In this document: one piece after another, positions 49,518 to 60,970 of the stretch
Position numbering within the stretch: the first letter of the stretch is position 1
Layout: the number at the start of each line of letters is the position of its first letter
DNA from: Felis catus
Lineage: Eukaryota
Direction of reading: 5' to 3'
Length of the DNA: 64,000 nucleotides
Assembly (NCBI RefSeq): GCF_018350175.1
Contig: NC_058368.1
Coordinates: forward strand, 138,758,001-138,822,000
Position numbers and translations under genes: made by a program
The notes under the pieces: model-generated
Told to the model about the DNA's origin: nothing
The model's database searches: none
Seen by the model: only the letters and a program-made list of their open reading frames with translations

Positions 49518-49740
49518 GGGCCTCCTGGACGGCTCAGTCAGTTAAGCGTCCAATTTCGGCTCAGGTCATGATCTCAAGGTTCGTGGGTTCGAGCTCCGCA
49601 TCAGGCTCTGTGCTGACAACTCAGAGCCTGGAGCCTGCTTCGGATTCTGTGTCTCCCTCTCTCTCTGCCCCTCCCTGACTAGTGCTCTGTCTCTCTCTGT
49701 CTTTCAAAAATAAATAAATATTTAAAAAATGTTTAATATT
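49518..49740 (+). mobile_element. CanSINE inserted in the tail of the previous SINE
   Basis: Full body directly after aaataaataaacat. Confidence 0.93.
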
Positions 49741-50067
49741 GATAAACCTAAAAAATATATTTAAAAAATAAAATACACAGATGGCAATTAATCACATAAA
49801 AAGACATTCAACATCATTAGTCACACACAAATTAAAACCATGATGAGATCCTTTACAAAGGTTGAAATTTTAAACAGTGGGCAGTAACCCATGCTTATCA
49901 GGACATGGAGAACAGGAACTCTGATGCATTGCTAATTGGATGGCAAGGTGATGCAGCTGCCTGGAAAAAATAGTTTTGAGTTTCTTAGAAATTTAAACAT
50001 AGACTTGTCATATGACCCAGGAATCTCCTCTTTAAATATTTACTCAATGAAGTAAAATCCTATGTTT

Positions 50068-50098
<31 letters not shown>

Positions 50099-50307
50099 CA
50101 CAAACTGTATACAAATGTTTATAGTGGCTTTATTCAAAATTGTCAAAAACTAAAAACGACTAGTATCTCAAGTGGAGAATTGATGAATAAACTATGGGTA
50201 CCCCTGGAATACTACTCAGCAATAAAAAACAAAAACAAAAAACAATAATATGCACAATAACATGGATGATGCAAGTAAGATAAGCCAGACTCAAAGACCA
50301 CATAATG

Positions 50308-50415
50308 TATACAAATACCACATCATTACGTTATACACCTGAAAATAACGTTATATGTCCATTATGTTTCAATTCAAAAATTAAAATAAAATTTTAAATA
50401 AGAACAATTTTTGGT
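50308..50415 (+). mobile_element. Short L1 3' terminus
   Basis: atcattacgttatacacctgaaa...ttatatgtc plus A-rich tail; TSD aaagaccacataatg / aaagactacatgatg. Confidence 0.75.
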
Positions 50416-50754
50416 AAAGACTACATGATGGATGACTTCATCTCTATAGTATTTCGGTTTTCTCCATCTTGACCTCTACAGCTCCCTTGTTTCTACGTAT
50501 TTCCATGCCTGTGACACCTCTGTGGTTTACTCATGGAGATGTATTCCCTTCTTTTACTGGAGGAGGGAGGACTCATTTCCTAGGGACCCCCCCCAGGCCA
50601 TATGAACAACTTCCTTCCACTTGCTTCTCCACATCAGTATGTGCTGACTCTTCTTTGAGTGATGGAACCCTAACTTTCGAGATTATTATTGCCTCAACCG
50701 GGACTCAAAAATTTCTTAAAGTGTAATTTGAGATTCATCATAGACCTTTTATCT

Positions 50755-51170
50755 CTCAGGAACAGAGTATGTAACTGTCTGAAACATTTTTATTGTCTCT
50801 CATAACGAGAAGGTAAGCATGTAGGTAAATTTGAGAGTTGGTTCGGTAGTTCCACAGCGGCCTCGGGGAAGGATACCAGTGGCAGGGTGTCAAGGGCCCA
50901 CCATGTTCCTGTTCAGCCATGAACGGAGGGCTGGCAACCGTCCCTTCATGGTTGCAAGATGGCTGCAGTGGCAAGGCCTCGCTGGTCGGTATCAACAGAA
51001 GGACAGAAAGAAGAGAGGAGATGCTGCTCCTCTTTTAATCAGGGAGAGCAGAGAGACCCTCTTTGAATCAGGGATGAACGATTTCCCAGAAGCTCTTGGC
51101 AATGCCTCCCCAGTTGCTTTGGTCTGAACAGACTCTCCGGCCCGTGACCAGCAACAAAGGACGCTGGGAA
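50755..51170 (-). mobile_element. Old MaLR LTR (MLT1J/K/L-like)
   Basis: tttattgtctctcataacgagaag...cttcatggttgcaagatggctgc...tttcccagaagc. Confidence 0.6.
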
Positions 51171-51424
51171 AGTGCCTTCCCAGCGTTACCCACCATTATC
51201 ATGGAAGGTAGTGCTGCCAGAGAGAAGCCAGAGGGACACACGGTCACCTTGTGTTCCAGGCTGTCCCCACTCTCTCCTTCTGAGGCCAGCAACACTCTTT
51301 GCTCAGCTGTAATGGCAGAAGGGCTGTAGGGGAAGGGGCGATATCAGAATAGTGACGGGGTATGCATCAAAAGTATTCCAAGTATCTTTTCTGCTAGAGC
51401 ACAAGTGCACACAGTAAGAGTCTC

Positions 51425-51583
51425 CAGACTTTCATTCCTTCATCTATGAATTGTACAATGACTATGCTAATGCCTACATGACATGACATAAGGTCATTGT
51501 GAGAATTAAACAAGATGATACATGGCAAGCGCTTGTTACAGTGCCTGGTCCATAGTAAGTAGTCACTAAATAGTGGCTATGTT
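51425..51583 (+). mobile_element. MIR 3' half
   Basis: ttccttcatctatgaa...ttgtgagaattaaacaagat...cagtgcctggtccatagtaagt. Confidence 0.8.
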
Positions 51584-51845
51584 TTTTTTTTTTAATTTAA
51601 AACAAGGAAGCATATTCAAAAGTATGAAATATTGAAGGCATAGATTTTGAAGTATGCTAGAGTTTGGAAAAAGAAGACCTTGCTGTCCATTGAAGTCTTC
51701 TGGGAAAGTAGCACTGTGGAAGCAGGACATGGACTGGCCTAGAAAGATGGCTAGACTTTGAATCATGGGGAAGAGATGGGAAGTCATGCCATCTAGAACA
51801 AACAGCATGAAGGGGATGGAATGGCCTGGAAAAGAGGGCAGTGTT

Positions 51846-52062
51846 GGGGCGCCTGGGTGGCGCAGTTGGTTAAGCATCCGACTTCAGCCAGGTCACGATC
51901 TCGCGGTCCGTGAGTTCGAGCCCCACGTCGGGCTCTGGGCTGATGACTCAGAGCCTGGAGCCTGTTTCCGATTCTGTGTCTCCCTCTCTCTCTGGCCCTC
52001 CCCCGTTCATGCTCTGTCTCTCTCTGTCCCAAAAATAAATAAACATTGAAAAAAAAAAAAAA
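51846..52062 (+). mobile_element. Young felid CanSINE
   Basis: TSD aaaagagggcagtgtt at 51830-51845 and 52063-52078. Confidence 0.97.
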
Positions 52063-52233
52063 AAAAGAGGGCAGTGTTCATGCTGTGGGAAGGACAAAAG
52101 TACTGATACCCAGCAAGTACTCTCTTCATGCCAAGCACTGTGACAGGTACTTTGCCTCATTCAAGTTCCTCAGCAACCTTGTGAGGTAGTGTATTAGTTG
52201 GGGCTCTCCAGAGAAACAGAACCAGTAGGACGT

Positions 52234-52628
52234 TGTATTAATCCTCTCAGGCTGACATAACAAAAGGGCATTGATGGGGTGGTGCAAACAACAGAAATTT
52301 ACTTCTCTGAATTCTGGAGGCTGGGAGACTGAGGTCAGGGTGCCAGTGAGGTTGGGTTCTGGTGAGCAATCTCTTCCTGGACTGCCTCCTAACTGTCCTT
52401 ACATGGTAGAGAGAGGAGACAGAAAGAGAGAAGGAGAGAAATCAATGTCTCTCTCCCTCTCTTTTCTCCTTTTAATAGGGCCAATAATCCCATCATGAGG
52501 GATCCATACTCACTACCTAGTCCAACCCTAATTACCTTCCAATGGCCTTATCTCCAAATACCACCACACTGGCAATTAGGCCTTCAACATACGAATTTAG
52601 AGGATGCACAAACATCCCATCCATAATA
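52234..52628 (-). mobile_element. MaLR LTR, MLT1A-like
   Basis: tgtattaatcc...aacaacagaaatttac...ttctggaggctggga...aatcccatcatgagg...ccaaataccaccacactgg. Confidence 0.85.
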
Positions 52629-52629
52629 G

Positions 52630-52632
<3 letters not shown>

Positions 52633-52676
<44 letters not shown>

Positions 52677-52677
52677 C

Positions 52678-52709
<32 letters not shown>
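52633..52709. repeat. (TG)n-(GATA)n compound microsatellite inside MLT2
   Basis: Read directly. Confidence 0.96.
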
Positions 52710-53525
52710 TTATGAGGACATTTATTTTAAGGAGGTGGCTCACACAATTGTAGGCCTTGGTGAGTCGAAAGTGTGAGGGAGGAGGCCCCTAGCCTAGAGC
52801 CTCAGGAAAAAGTTGCAGTTCCAATCCAAAGGCAGTCGGCTGGAAAACCAGGAAAAGCCAATGTTGCAGATAAAACCCAAAGGCAGTCTGCTGGAGAATT
52901 CCTCTTGCTCGGGGATGATCAGCCTTTTGTTCTATTTAGACCTTCAGCTGATTGAATGGGGCCCACCCACATGATAGAGAGAAATCCGTTTTACTCAAAG
53001 TCTACCAATTTGCATAGAAATCTCACCCAAAAACGCTCTCACAGAAGCGACCAGACTAGCGTTTGGCCAAATATCTGGGTATCATGGTCCAGCCAAGGTG
53101 GAACACAAAATGAACCATCATAAGTAGATTTTAATCTCAGTTTGTAGATGAAACGATTGAGGCTCAGCGAGATTAGGTAACATGCCTAAGGAGATAGGAA
53201 GAGCTGAGGTAGACTTGAAACCCAGGAATTAAAGCCTGTCTGAAGCCGCCAGCCATATCTCCTCATGATGTTTTGTGCTGCATTTGTAGAGAAATTCATT
53301 CCAATGGACATTCTGAACCAAGAGAAAGGCTAGGAATAGCATGTGCCTATGAATCTTCTCTACTCGTCACAGTGCCTTGCTGTAGAAATGCTTAACAGAC
53401 ATTTCAGAGGTCAATGTTGGGTGAGTGGTTGGATATATGCAATAACAACTCATCACTGGGTAATTACGGCCGCAGAAAAGGAACTGATTCCTTGGACTTT
53501 TTTCACATCTGGATTGGCTCTAGAG

Positions 53526-53724
53526 CCGGGCTGTTCAACACAGTAATCATTGACTACCTATGCCTATGAAAATTAAAATGTTTAATATTAAGTCAAAGTT
53601 CAGTCTCCATCACACTAGCCATATTTGGAATGCTCAGTAGTCACATGTGGTGAGTGGCTACGTGTTAGATGACAGAGATACAGAAACAGTCCATCACCAC
53701 AGAAAGTTCTATTGGACAGTACTA
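53526..53724. mobile_element. hAT-Charlie MITE MER3
   Basis: cacactagccatattt...gctcagtagtcacatgtgg...ccatcaccacagaaagttctattggacag; 8 bp TSD ctctagag/ctccagag. Confidence 0.88.
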
Positions 53725-54634
53725 CTCCAGAGAGACTGTACTGGTCCCCCCACCATAGCACTTATGCATGTTTCTGTGAACATATTCCTTGTTTCTCGGA
53801 GATGAATTATGAGAGCACTTGTAACTATAAGCGCGACCAATCTCCCCACGGACCAAGACCTTGATTACACAACGCAGAACAGAGGGGCCCTGGCCCTCTG
53901 GTGCCTCTTTCTGCCTCATAGAGGCAGAGTAACTTCTTGCTCCACTGGATCTCTCTCCATAGACCAAAGGTGCCATTGACATTTGGCTCCCTTCAAACTA
54001 TAAACATCTAACAAGCTCCAGATGCACAAGTAGTAGATTTAAAGTCCTGTCAATATGGACACTAGGGCCTGAAATGAAACACTTGGCATTCAATTTGACT
54101 AAAATGTTAAACTCATAATTTATTGGTTCAATAACATACGAAAGCTAACAGCCAATTTTTAAGTTGGGAGTCGCTGCACGTGTGTACGGATGGGTGTGTA
54201 AATACAGTTTTTCAAGACCAAGTTACTTAGCAGAGTTCAAAACGGGTCTTCCGAATAGAGCTTTGGTGATGACGATCATTTTAATGGGCCCAAAATGTTA
54301 TTCCTAAGGAACATGTTACCACACAAAACCCTTCCCTGGGTTGAGTGGTAAAATAAAAAAAACTGCTGACCAACCACTGTGTCTGTGAGGAGCAAAGACA
54401 CGGACAGCAGAAGAGATTGGACCTGTCAGAAAATAGGAGCCTTCCCAAAGTGACATCACCTCCCAGGGTTTCCCTCCAAAGGGCTGACTGCAGCATGCCA
54501 AGCTGCAAATGCCTGGCTTTAATGAAAAGGGAAAGTTGATTGCTTTTCTCAATCAGCAGCAATCATTAAAAAAAAAAACAAAAAAAAAACAACTTATTAT
54601 CTGACGTTAATTTCATCTCTTCCCCTACTGTTTA

Positions 54635-54867
54635 TTGTTCGTTTGCTTTTTATTTATATTTTCCTTAATTTTAGAAATAGCACAAGCAGGGGACAGGGTC
54701 AGGGTGGGGGGCGGCAAGGAGGAACAGGGAGAGGGAGAGAGAAAAAAATCTCAAGCAGGCTCCACACTTAGCCAAGAGCCTGACGTGGGGCTTGATCCCA
54801 TGATCCTAGGGTCACAACCTGAAATCAAGAATCAAACACTCAACCAACTGAGCCACCCAGGTTCCCC
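54635..54867 (-). mobile_element. CanSINE (old carnivore type)
   Basis: TSD ttcccctactgttta / ttcccctcctattta. Confidence 0.88.
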
Positions 54868-55703
54868 TTCCCCTCCTATTTAAAACAAAAACATGGGAAG
54901 GTAGAGCAGATTACTTTTTCCTATTCTTCCCACTAACTATAACAACAACAACAACAACAAGCCTGGACATTATATATAAAATGAACATGTCAGACTTTGA
55001 AAGGTGGGGAGAAAGCAAACCATCAGGAAGGTCAAGACCCAGGAAACAAAAGGGTGGTAAGTTTTCTGGGTTGTCTTTTTGCCTCCTATGTCTCAAACTG
55101 GTAGCTAAAGAAGCTAGCCACCCAGAAACACCAACTAATGCCAAACAAAAACAGCAACATCGAAGCCTGCCCCCTCTAGCCAAAAGACCAGGAAAGGAAC
55201 AGCCTGGTAAGACAGAAAACTTTTAGACAGTGATCCAACCAAACATCAGCGAAAAATCTATGGCCCTACCCCTACCAACACCAACAAAGGCTAAGGGAAG
55301 CCTAGACTTTCACCTTCTGGAGGGTGCGATGAGGTGCCAAGCAGGGAGCAAGGACTTTGGTTCCTGCTGCAGGATAACAAGCCCCTTCTCACTCCCAGAG
55401 GTGCCACATGGAGAGCCTAGACTTGACACACAGCAGTAAAGAGATGTTCCTCTCGCCCCTGCTAGAGTGAGCATAGGAGACCTTGTTGAGAGCGAGGACG
55501 TTCATCACTACCCTTGTCACTTGCAATAAGAAGACAGTTTCTCCTCCCATGCTGTCAGTGGAGGCCATGTGGGGAGCAGTAACCAGGCGTCCCCACTACC
55601 CCTCCCAGGCAGGGAGGTATTCGTGAAGGCAGGATATCAGAGCTCTCCTGTCTGCCCAGCAATTATATGGAGAGCCCTTGAGCATCAAAAGAGGCATGGT
55701 GGA

Positions 55704-55935
55704 GGGGCGCCTGGGTGGCGCAGTCGGTTAAGCGTCCGACTTCAGCCAGGTCACGATCTCGCGGTCCGGGAGTTCGAGCCCCGCGTCAGGCTCTGGGCTG
55801 ATGGCTCGGAGCCTGGAGCCTGTTTCCGATTCTGTGTCTCCCTCTCTCTCTGCCCCTCCCCCGTTCATGCTCTGTCTCTCTCTGTCCCAAAAATAAATTT
55901 AAAAACGCTGAAAAAAAAAAATTAAAAAAAAAAAA
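55704..55935 (+). mobile_element. Young felid CanSINE
   Basis: TSD aaaagaggcatggtgga at 55687-55703 and 55936-55952. Confidence 0.98.
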
Positions 55936-56263
55936 AAAAGAGGCATGGTGGAGAACCAGGACTTGTACCAGCTGATACTGAGATGCTTCCTCTCCTCCCC
56001 CTGTTGGAGTGATGACAGAGGAAATGAACGAAAACAGAAGGTTTAAATAAGATTCTGAATCTCATAACATAATAACCAAGAGGTCCAGGTTTCAATCAAA
56101 AAATCACTCATCATACCAGGAGCTAGGGAGATTTCACACTGACTGAAAAAAAGACAATCAGTGGATGCCAACGCTGAGATGACAGGGATATGTGAACTAA
56201 CAAAGACTTTAAAGCAACCATCATAAAATGCTTCAGAAAACAATTATAAACATGCTTGGAACC

Positions 56264-56470
56264 AGGGTGCCTGGGTGGCACAGTCATTTAAGCCTCCAAC
56301 TCTTGGTTTCAGTTTGTGAGATTGAGTCCCTCATCAGACTCTATGCTGATGGCATGGACCCTGCTTGGGATTCTCTCTTTCCCTCTCTCTCTCTCTCTCC
56401 CTCCCCCACTCATGTGCGCACACGCATGCTCTCTCTCCCTCTCCCTCAAGATAAATACATATTTAAAAAT
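56264..56470 (+). mobile_element. CanSINE (old)
   Basis: TSD aaacatgcttggaac / aaaggtgcttgaaac. Confidence 0.88.
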
Positions 56471-56563
56471 AAAGGTGCTTGAAACAATTGAAAAAATAAG
56501 TCTCATCAAAGAAATAGGCTCATTAAACAAATAGAAAATACTAGAATAAACCAAAATTTAGAA

Positions 56564-56865
56564 ACCCAGACATTCTTCAAACTGTTGTATCCATAATATG
56601 GAATGTTACTTACCAATAAAAAGGAATATACTATTGATACGTGCAGCAACCTGGATGAATCTCTGCAGAATTATGCTGAATGAAAAAAAAGTCCATCCGA
56701 AAATGTTACATACTAGATGATTCCCTTTATAACGTTCTTGGACTGAAAACATTATGGAAATGGAGGACGGATTCATGGTTGTCAAGAGTTAACAAACAGG
56801 CGAGGTTGGGAGAGATACAAGGGTAATTTGAGGGATTACTGTGTGATAGACATGTTCAATATCTT
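56564..56865 (+). mobile_element. L1MC/MD-like ORF2 end and 3' UTR start
   Basis: caataaaaaggaatatactattgatacgtgcagcaacctggatgaatctc...ttatgctgaatgaaaaa. Confidence 0.8.
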
Positions 56866-56867
56866 GA

Positions 56868-57041
56868 AACTAAACTACTCTCTTATACCATACATAAAAA
56901 TTAAGTCCAAATGGATTAAAGAGTTGACAGTAAGACCCAAAACCATGAGACTCCTAGGAGAAAACACAGGCAGTAAGCTCCTTGACCTTACCCTTGATGA
57001 TTTTTTTGGATCTGACTGCAAAGGTAATAAAACCAAAATAA
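56868..57041 (+). mobile_element. L1 ORF2 internal fragment
   Basis: Translates as PYIKIKSKWIKELTVRPKTMRLLGEN, an L1 ORF2 motif. Confidence 0.8.
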
Positions 57042-57980
57042 CCACGACTGCTGTTATCTAAGAACAAACTGTCATGGATAGAATAGCACCTTGTGATCAG
57101 AGCAAAATAACACTATTATTTTGTCATTAATGATGCCTTTTCCTTTAAATCAGTATCACTGATGTAGTTAATCTTGCCCAAAGCCTGAAATAGATACAAA
57201 TGGGTTAGCCGGCAATGAGAAGGTAAGACGTATTTGGAAATTACCATTTCTCTTTTTACTCATCTCCGACTGCCTGGAACCAATCTGTCTGTTGTTCTTG
57301 GCAAAAAATAAGTAAATAAATAACGGGCCACGGAAATTGTTTTTCCATGGCTCTGGCAACTGTACGCAAGATCTAGGGATGGAGAATAATGTTTTCGAAA
57401 AGAGCATGTGCTTTCTCGAAAACCCTTTTGGGGATTTTACCAAAATGACTGCCTCCAACTCAAACGCAATTAAGACAGTGAGAATTTGCTTTGTGTTGTT
57501 CAAACCACGCCATAAGCATCACAGATTTGGAATTGGGATCCCATCCTAACCATCCCCAAATCCAAATTTCTTTTTGAGAGAGGAAAGATTGAAATTGATG
57601 TCACATCTTATGAAGAGAAATGTTTATCAACTGTCTTCGGAGATTCTACAAGATAGAACTGCTCTTACTCAACACAGCTTCTGGATGAATTCAAGTGTAA
57701 ATAAATATTAAAATGGCTATGAAATTTTCATTCAAATTCATCCACACGGGTTTAATACTAATAATTAAGGAAGGAAAGCTGGCAAAACACATACAGAATT
57801 TAGCCAAACCCAAAATGCTTGAAAAATAAGTCAGACTTTCTGAAAACATAGAGCAGTGCTGGGTTTGCTCATCCCTAGTGACAAGAAACTGAAATATGGA
57901 AACTAACTCTGCTTAAATATACTCTCTACTCCCAGCAGATGCTACAGTTCATTCCTGCCAAGGAGCCCGGTAGGCTGGGT

Positions 57981-58195
57981 TTTTTTTTCTTTAATTTTTT
58001 GATGTTTTTATTTATTTCTGAGACAGAGCATGAGCAGAGGAGGGGCAGAGAGAGAGGGAGACACAGAATCTGAAGCAGGCTCCAGGCTCTGAGCTGTCGG
58101 CACAGAGCCCGACGTGGGGCTCGAACTCACAAGCTGTGAGATCATGACCTGAGCTGAAGTCGGACACCCAACTGACTGAGCCACCCAGGTGCCCC
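57981..58195 (-). mobile_element. CanSINE
   Basis: TSD core taggctgg at 57971-57978 and 58196-58203. Confidence 0.94.
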
Positions 58196-58623
58196 TAGGC
58201 TGGCTCTTTATGCCAAGAACAAAGCATGGGTCTCCACATGCCTCCCATTCTCTCAGGGCTCAGGTGTCACCAGGGCAGAATTTTCTCCCCTCCACCTCCA
58301 ACCAGATGACATGATGAGGCAGAAGTCTTACTTGCTTTTCATACTTACCTTCTTTCCTCTAGTTCTTGAAGGATATATCAGCCCACACTCTGAGATGGAA
58401 ATGATTACCATCAAACCTCCAGAACTCTAAGATTGTACATATCCTGACATGGAGTCCCTTTGGTGACGTTCGGAGACCAAATAAAATCATGTGATAAGAC
58501 TGATGCCCCATAACTGCTATCGGATCAACATACCAGAGCAGATTAGGAGGACAGCAGACGGGCTACCCACCATCCAGAAAATGTAGAGGATAGGAATGTA
58601 TTTGGCCGACACCTACCCATTCT

Positions 58624-58831
58624 TTTTTTAAATTTTTCTTTATTTGTTTTCAGAGAGAGAACGTGAGTTGGGGGTTTGGGGGAGAGTGGGAGAGGGAGAG
58701 AGAATCTCCAGCAAGCTCTGAGCTGTCAGCACCGAGTCCAATGCGGATCTTGATCCCGTGACCCTGGAATCATGACCTGAGCCAAAAACCAAGAGTCAGA
58801 CACTCAACCGACTGAGCCACCCAGGTGTCCC
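58624..58831 (-). mobile_element. CanSINE (old carnivore type)
   Basis: gatcccgtgaccctggaatcatgacctgagccaaaaaccaagagtcagacactcaaccgactgagccacccagg. Confidence 0.9.
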
Positions 58832-58942
58832 GACCCCTTTCAATTCTCAACCACACTGGCTTCTGACAGGGTTAACGCAATTGCGAATACTTGAAAGAGC
58901 TCCACAATTTATAAAAGACTTTTCTCCACATTATGTCTCTTA

Positions 58943-59168
58943 TTTTTCTTTTTAATTTTTTTTAGCGTTTATTTATTTTTGAGACAGAGAGAGACAGAGC
59001 ATGAACAGGGGAGGGTCAGAGAGAGAGAGGGAGGCACAGAATCTGAAACAGACTCCAGGCTCCGAGCTGTCAGCACAGAGCCCGACGCTGGGCTCGAACT
59101 CACGAACCGTGAGATCGTGACCTGAGCTGAAGTCGGACGCTTAACCGACTGAGCCACCCAGGCGCCCC
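58943..59168 (-). mobile_element. Felid CanSINE inserted in a MIR (about 58900-59331)
   Basis: TSD cacattatgtct at 58927-58938 and 59169-59180; MIR motif tttaatctgcacaacaaccctctgag follows. Confidence 0.96.
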
Positions 59169-60907
59169 CACATTATGTCTTTTAATCTGCACAACAACCC
59201 TCTGAGTGAAGGACTGCCGTTCCCGGATGAGAAGACCGTGACTCAGTCAGTGGCTAGAGAGGGGCTTGTCAGGACTTGAGTCCAGGGATTCTCTGCCCAA
59301 GTTCAGTGCCCTGTCCACAATATCACGGCTGAGGTAGGGTAGAGCCATTCACAAGACTCTAGAGCTGGTAGGTGACCCTCATGCATATCCAATGCTTGAC
59401 ACCCAGAACTTCCGTAAGCTTAAAAGACCCCATGCTCTCCTGGAACTTTGATTCTCAGATTTAACTTGCGAAGCCAGCATCTCAGCATTACCATGAATTT
59501 GTTGGCATTTTAACTCCTGGACTCTATGGACCACAATGTTTTTATGTGAAGAACTTAGAATCTCCTGAGCGTTTAATTCTATTTCCCACTATAGAAGGTC
59601 CTAAATACCCCACAGATATCAAAACCATCTCTGACCAAAGAAATCTGCCAAAATGTTTGAGGGAATCATGGTACCTGATTAAAACTGAGGCTTGCTTGCA
59701 TTTTTGTTTTTACGGACAGAACAAAAGGAATAGCTCTCTGAAGTTTTAAGGAATTTATGCAGTATTCTCTTCCATTAATCAAAAGATGTTATCTAGTCCT
59801 TGAATTCAAACCCTGAATAAATTAAGATGCCACTATCCAGCTGCTATACTTTATTTCATGCTAATTAGAATACAACACTGTAATTCATTAAAGAACAGGG
59901 GTTTTTGTTTCAAATTCACTGATAAAATAGTTCCCCAGAAGTCATTTGAAGGAGGAACACTCACCTAATTGCTATCGAAAAGCCAAACCTGCTGATCTTG
60001 TGAGTATCGAAAATGGGCCTATTTGTAAAATTTATAAAAATATTTTTAATTTCCCTTCCTTCTTGAAGACTTTGGAAGTATTTTACGGAAACTAGAAGTC
60101 CAAATATTGAAAAACAACCAGCCCCATGGTTACTGTAAATTCTGGCCCCAACAAAAGCAGTTAGATCAGCAAAACTCCTGAGAAAACTAGCTCTAGCAAA
60201 ATTTTCAGCCCATTCATCTATTTCTATGACAGAGTAATAGCCCAGTAGATTGAAGAGAAGCAAACAGCCTAATATATCTTGATTTAAGAAGTTTGTTTTT
60301 TTTTTATTATTTAGTCTCAGACAACAGGGACTAATTAGAAAAATATTCAGAACACAAAACTACTCAGGAGGTGCACAGTTGGGGGATTATAGCCATGAAG
60401 TAGCCATGAATAGATGGATGTCGGCCAAACAAAGATGTTTTACATTTGGATCTCTGGCGTGAGTGTTTTGTGTGATGGCACTCTCCTTAGGTTTGAGAGC
60501 ACTGCCCCATTCAATAAAGAAACCAGCCCCTTGGATGGGGTACCCCAGAGTGGTGACACCCAGACTTTGTACCATTGAGAGATCACCTGGAAAACACTGG
60601 AGAATGGGAGAGGTGGGGGGTGGGGGAGGTACAGTGGGGGAAGAAGGACGGTCACAAGCAAGGAAAGGGTTACCGAGGAGGGAAAAAAATGAGTACGAAT
60701 GCAAAGGATCTTTGGGTCGTAGTGATAGAAGTTAAATATAAGTCAGTGTGGTCTCCGAAAGGGACTCTGGAAGGCCACCTTGGCTCCGTGGCTGTTAAAT
60801 GTCAATTTTATCCCTCTTCGGTGAAATGAGAAAAAAAAATCAAAACACCTTATTAAGTTCTTCATAGAGCGTTTTCATTGAATGCAAGGACTGTCCTTTA
60901 CGTTAAT

Positions 60908-60970
60908 CTCTCTCTCTCCCCCTCTCTCTCTGTCTCTCTCTGTCACACACCCACACACACACACACACAC
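60908..60970. repeat. (CT)n-(CA)n compound microsatellite
   Basis: Read directly. Confidence 0.92.

Larger units (their letters stand above)
48914..50453 (+). mobile_element. Old L1M ORF2 3' part, split by two SINEs and an L1 tail
   Basis: ttttcaacaaatagtgct...atccagaatatataaagaactct...aaagatttgaacagac...tatgacccag...ggaatactactcagcaataaaaa. Confidence 0.88.
52190..53122 (-). mobile_element. ERVL LTR MLT2 (C/D-like), split by MLT1A
   Basis: tgtattagttggggctctccagagaaacagaaccagtagga ... ccaaaggcagtctgctggagaattcc ... aaccatcata; TSD ggtag/agtag. Confidence 0.88.
52115..53240 (-). mobile_element. MIR split by MLT2 (pieces about 52115-52189 and 53123-53240)
   Basis: ctcagcaaccttgtgaggtag | attttaatctcagtttgtagatgaaacgattgaggctcag joins into a contiguous MIR. 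Confidence 0.75.
54893..56563 (+). mobile_element. Old L1M 5' UTR and start of ORF1 (L1MC/MD-like), split by two SINEs
   Basis: cctggacattatatataaa...aaagaagctagccacccagaaac...aaaaaatcactcatcatacca...aaagactttaaagcaaccatcataaaatgcttc. Confidence 0.6.

Noticed and set aside
273..59157. Recurring similar ORFs (GAPGWRSRLSVRLQPGHDL..., RETEHERGRGRERGRHRIG..., MAQSVKRPTSAQV...)
   Set aside because: Translations of CanSINE copies in various frames, not a gene family.
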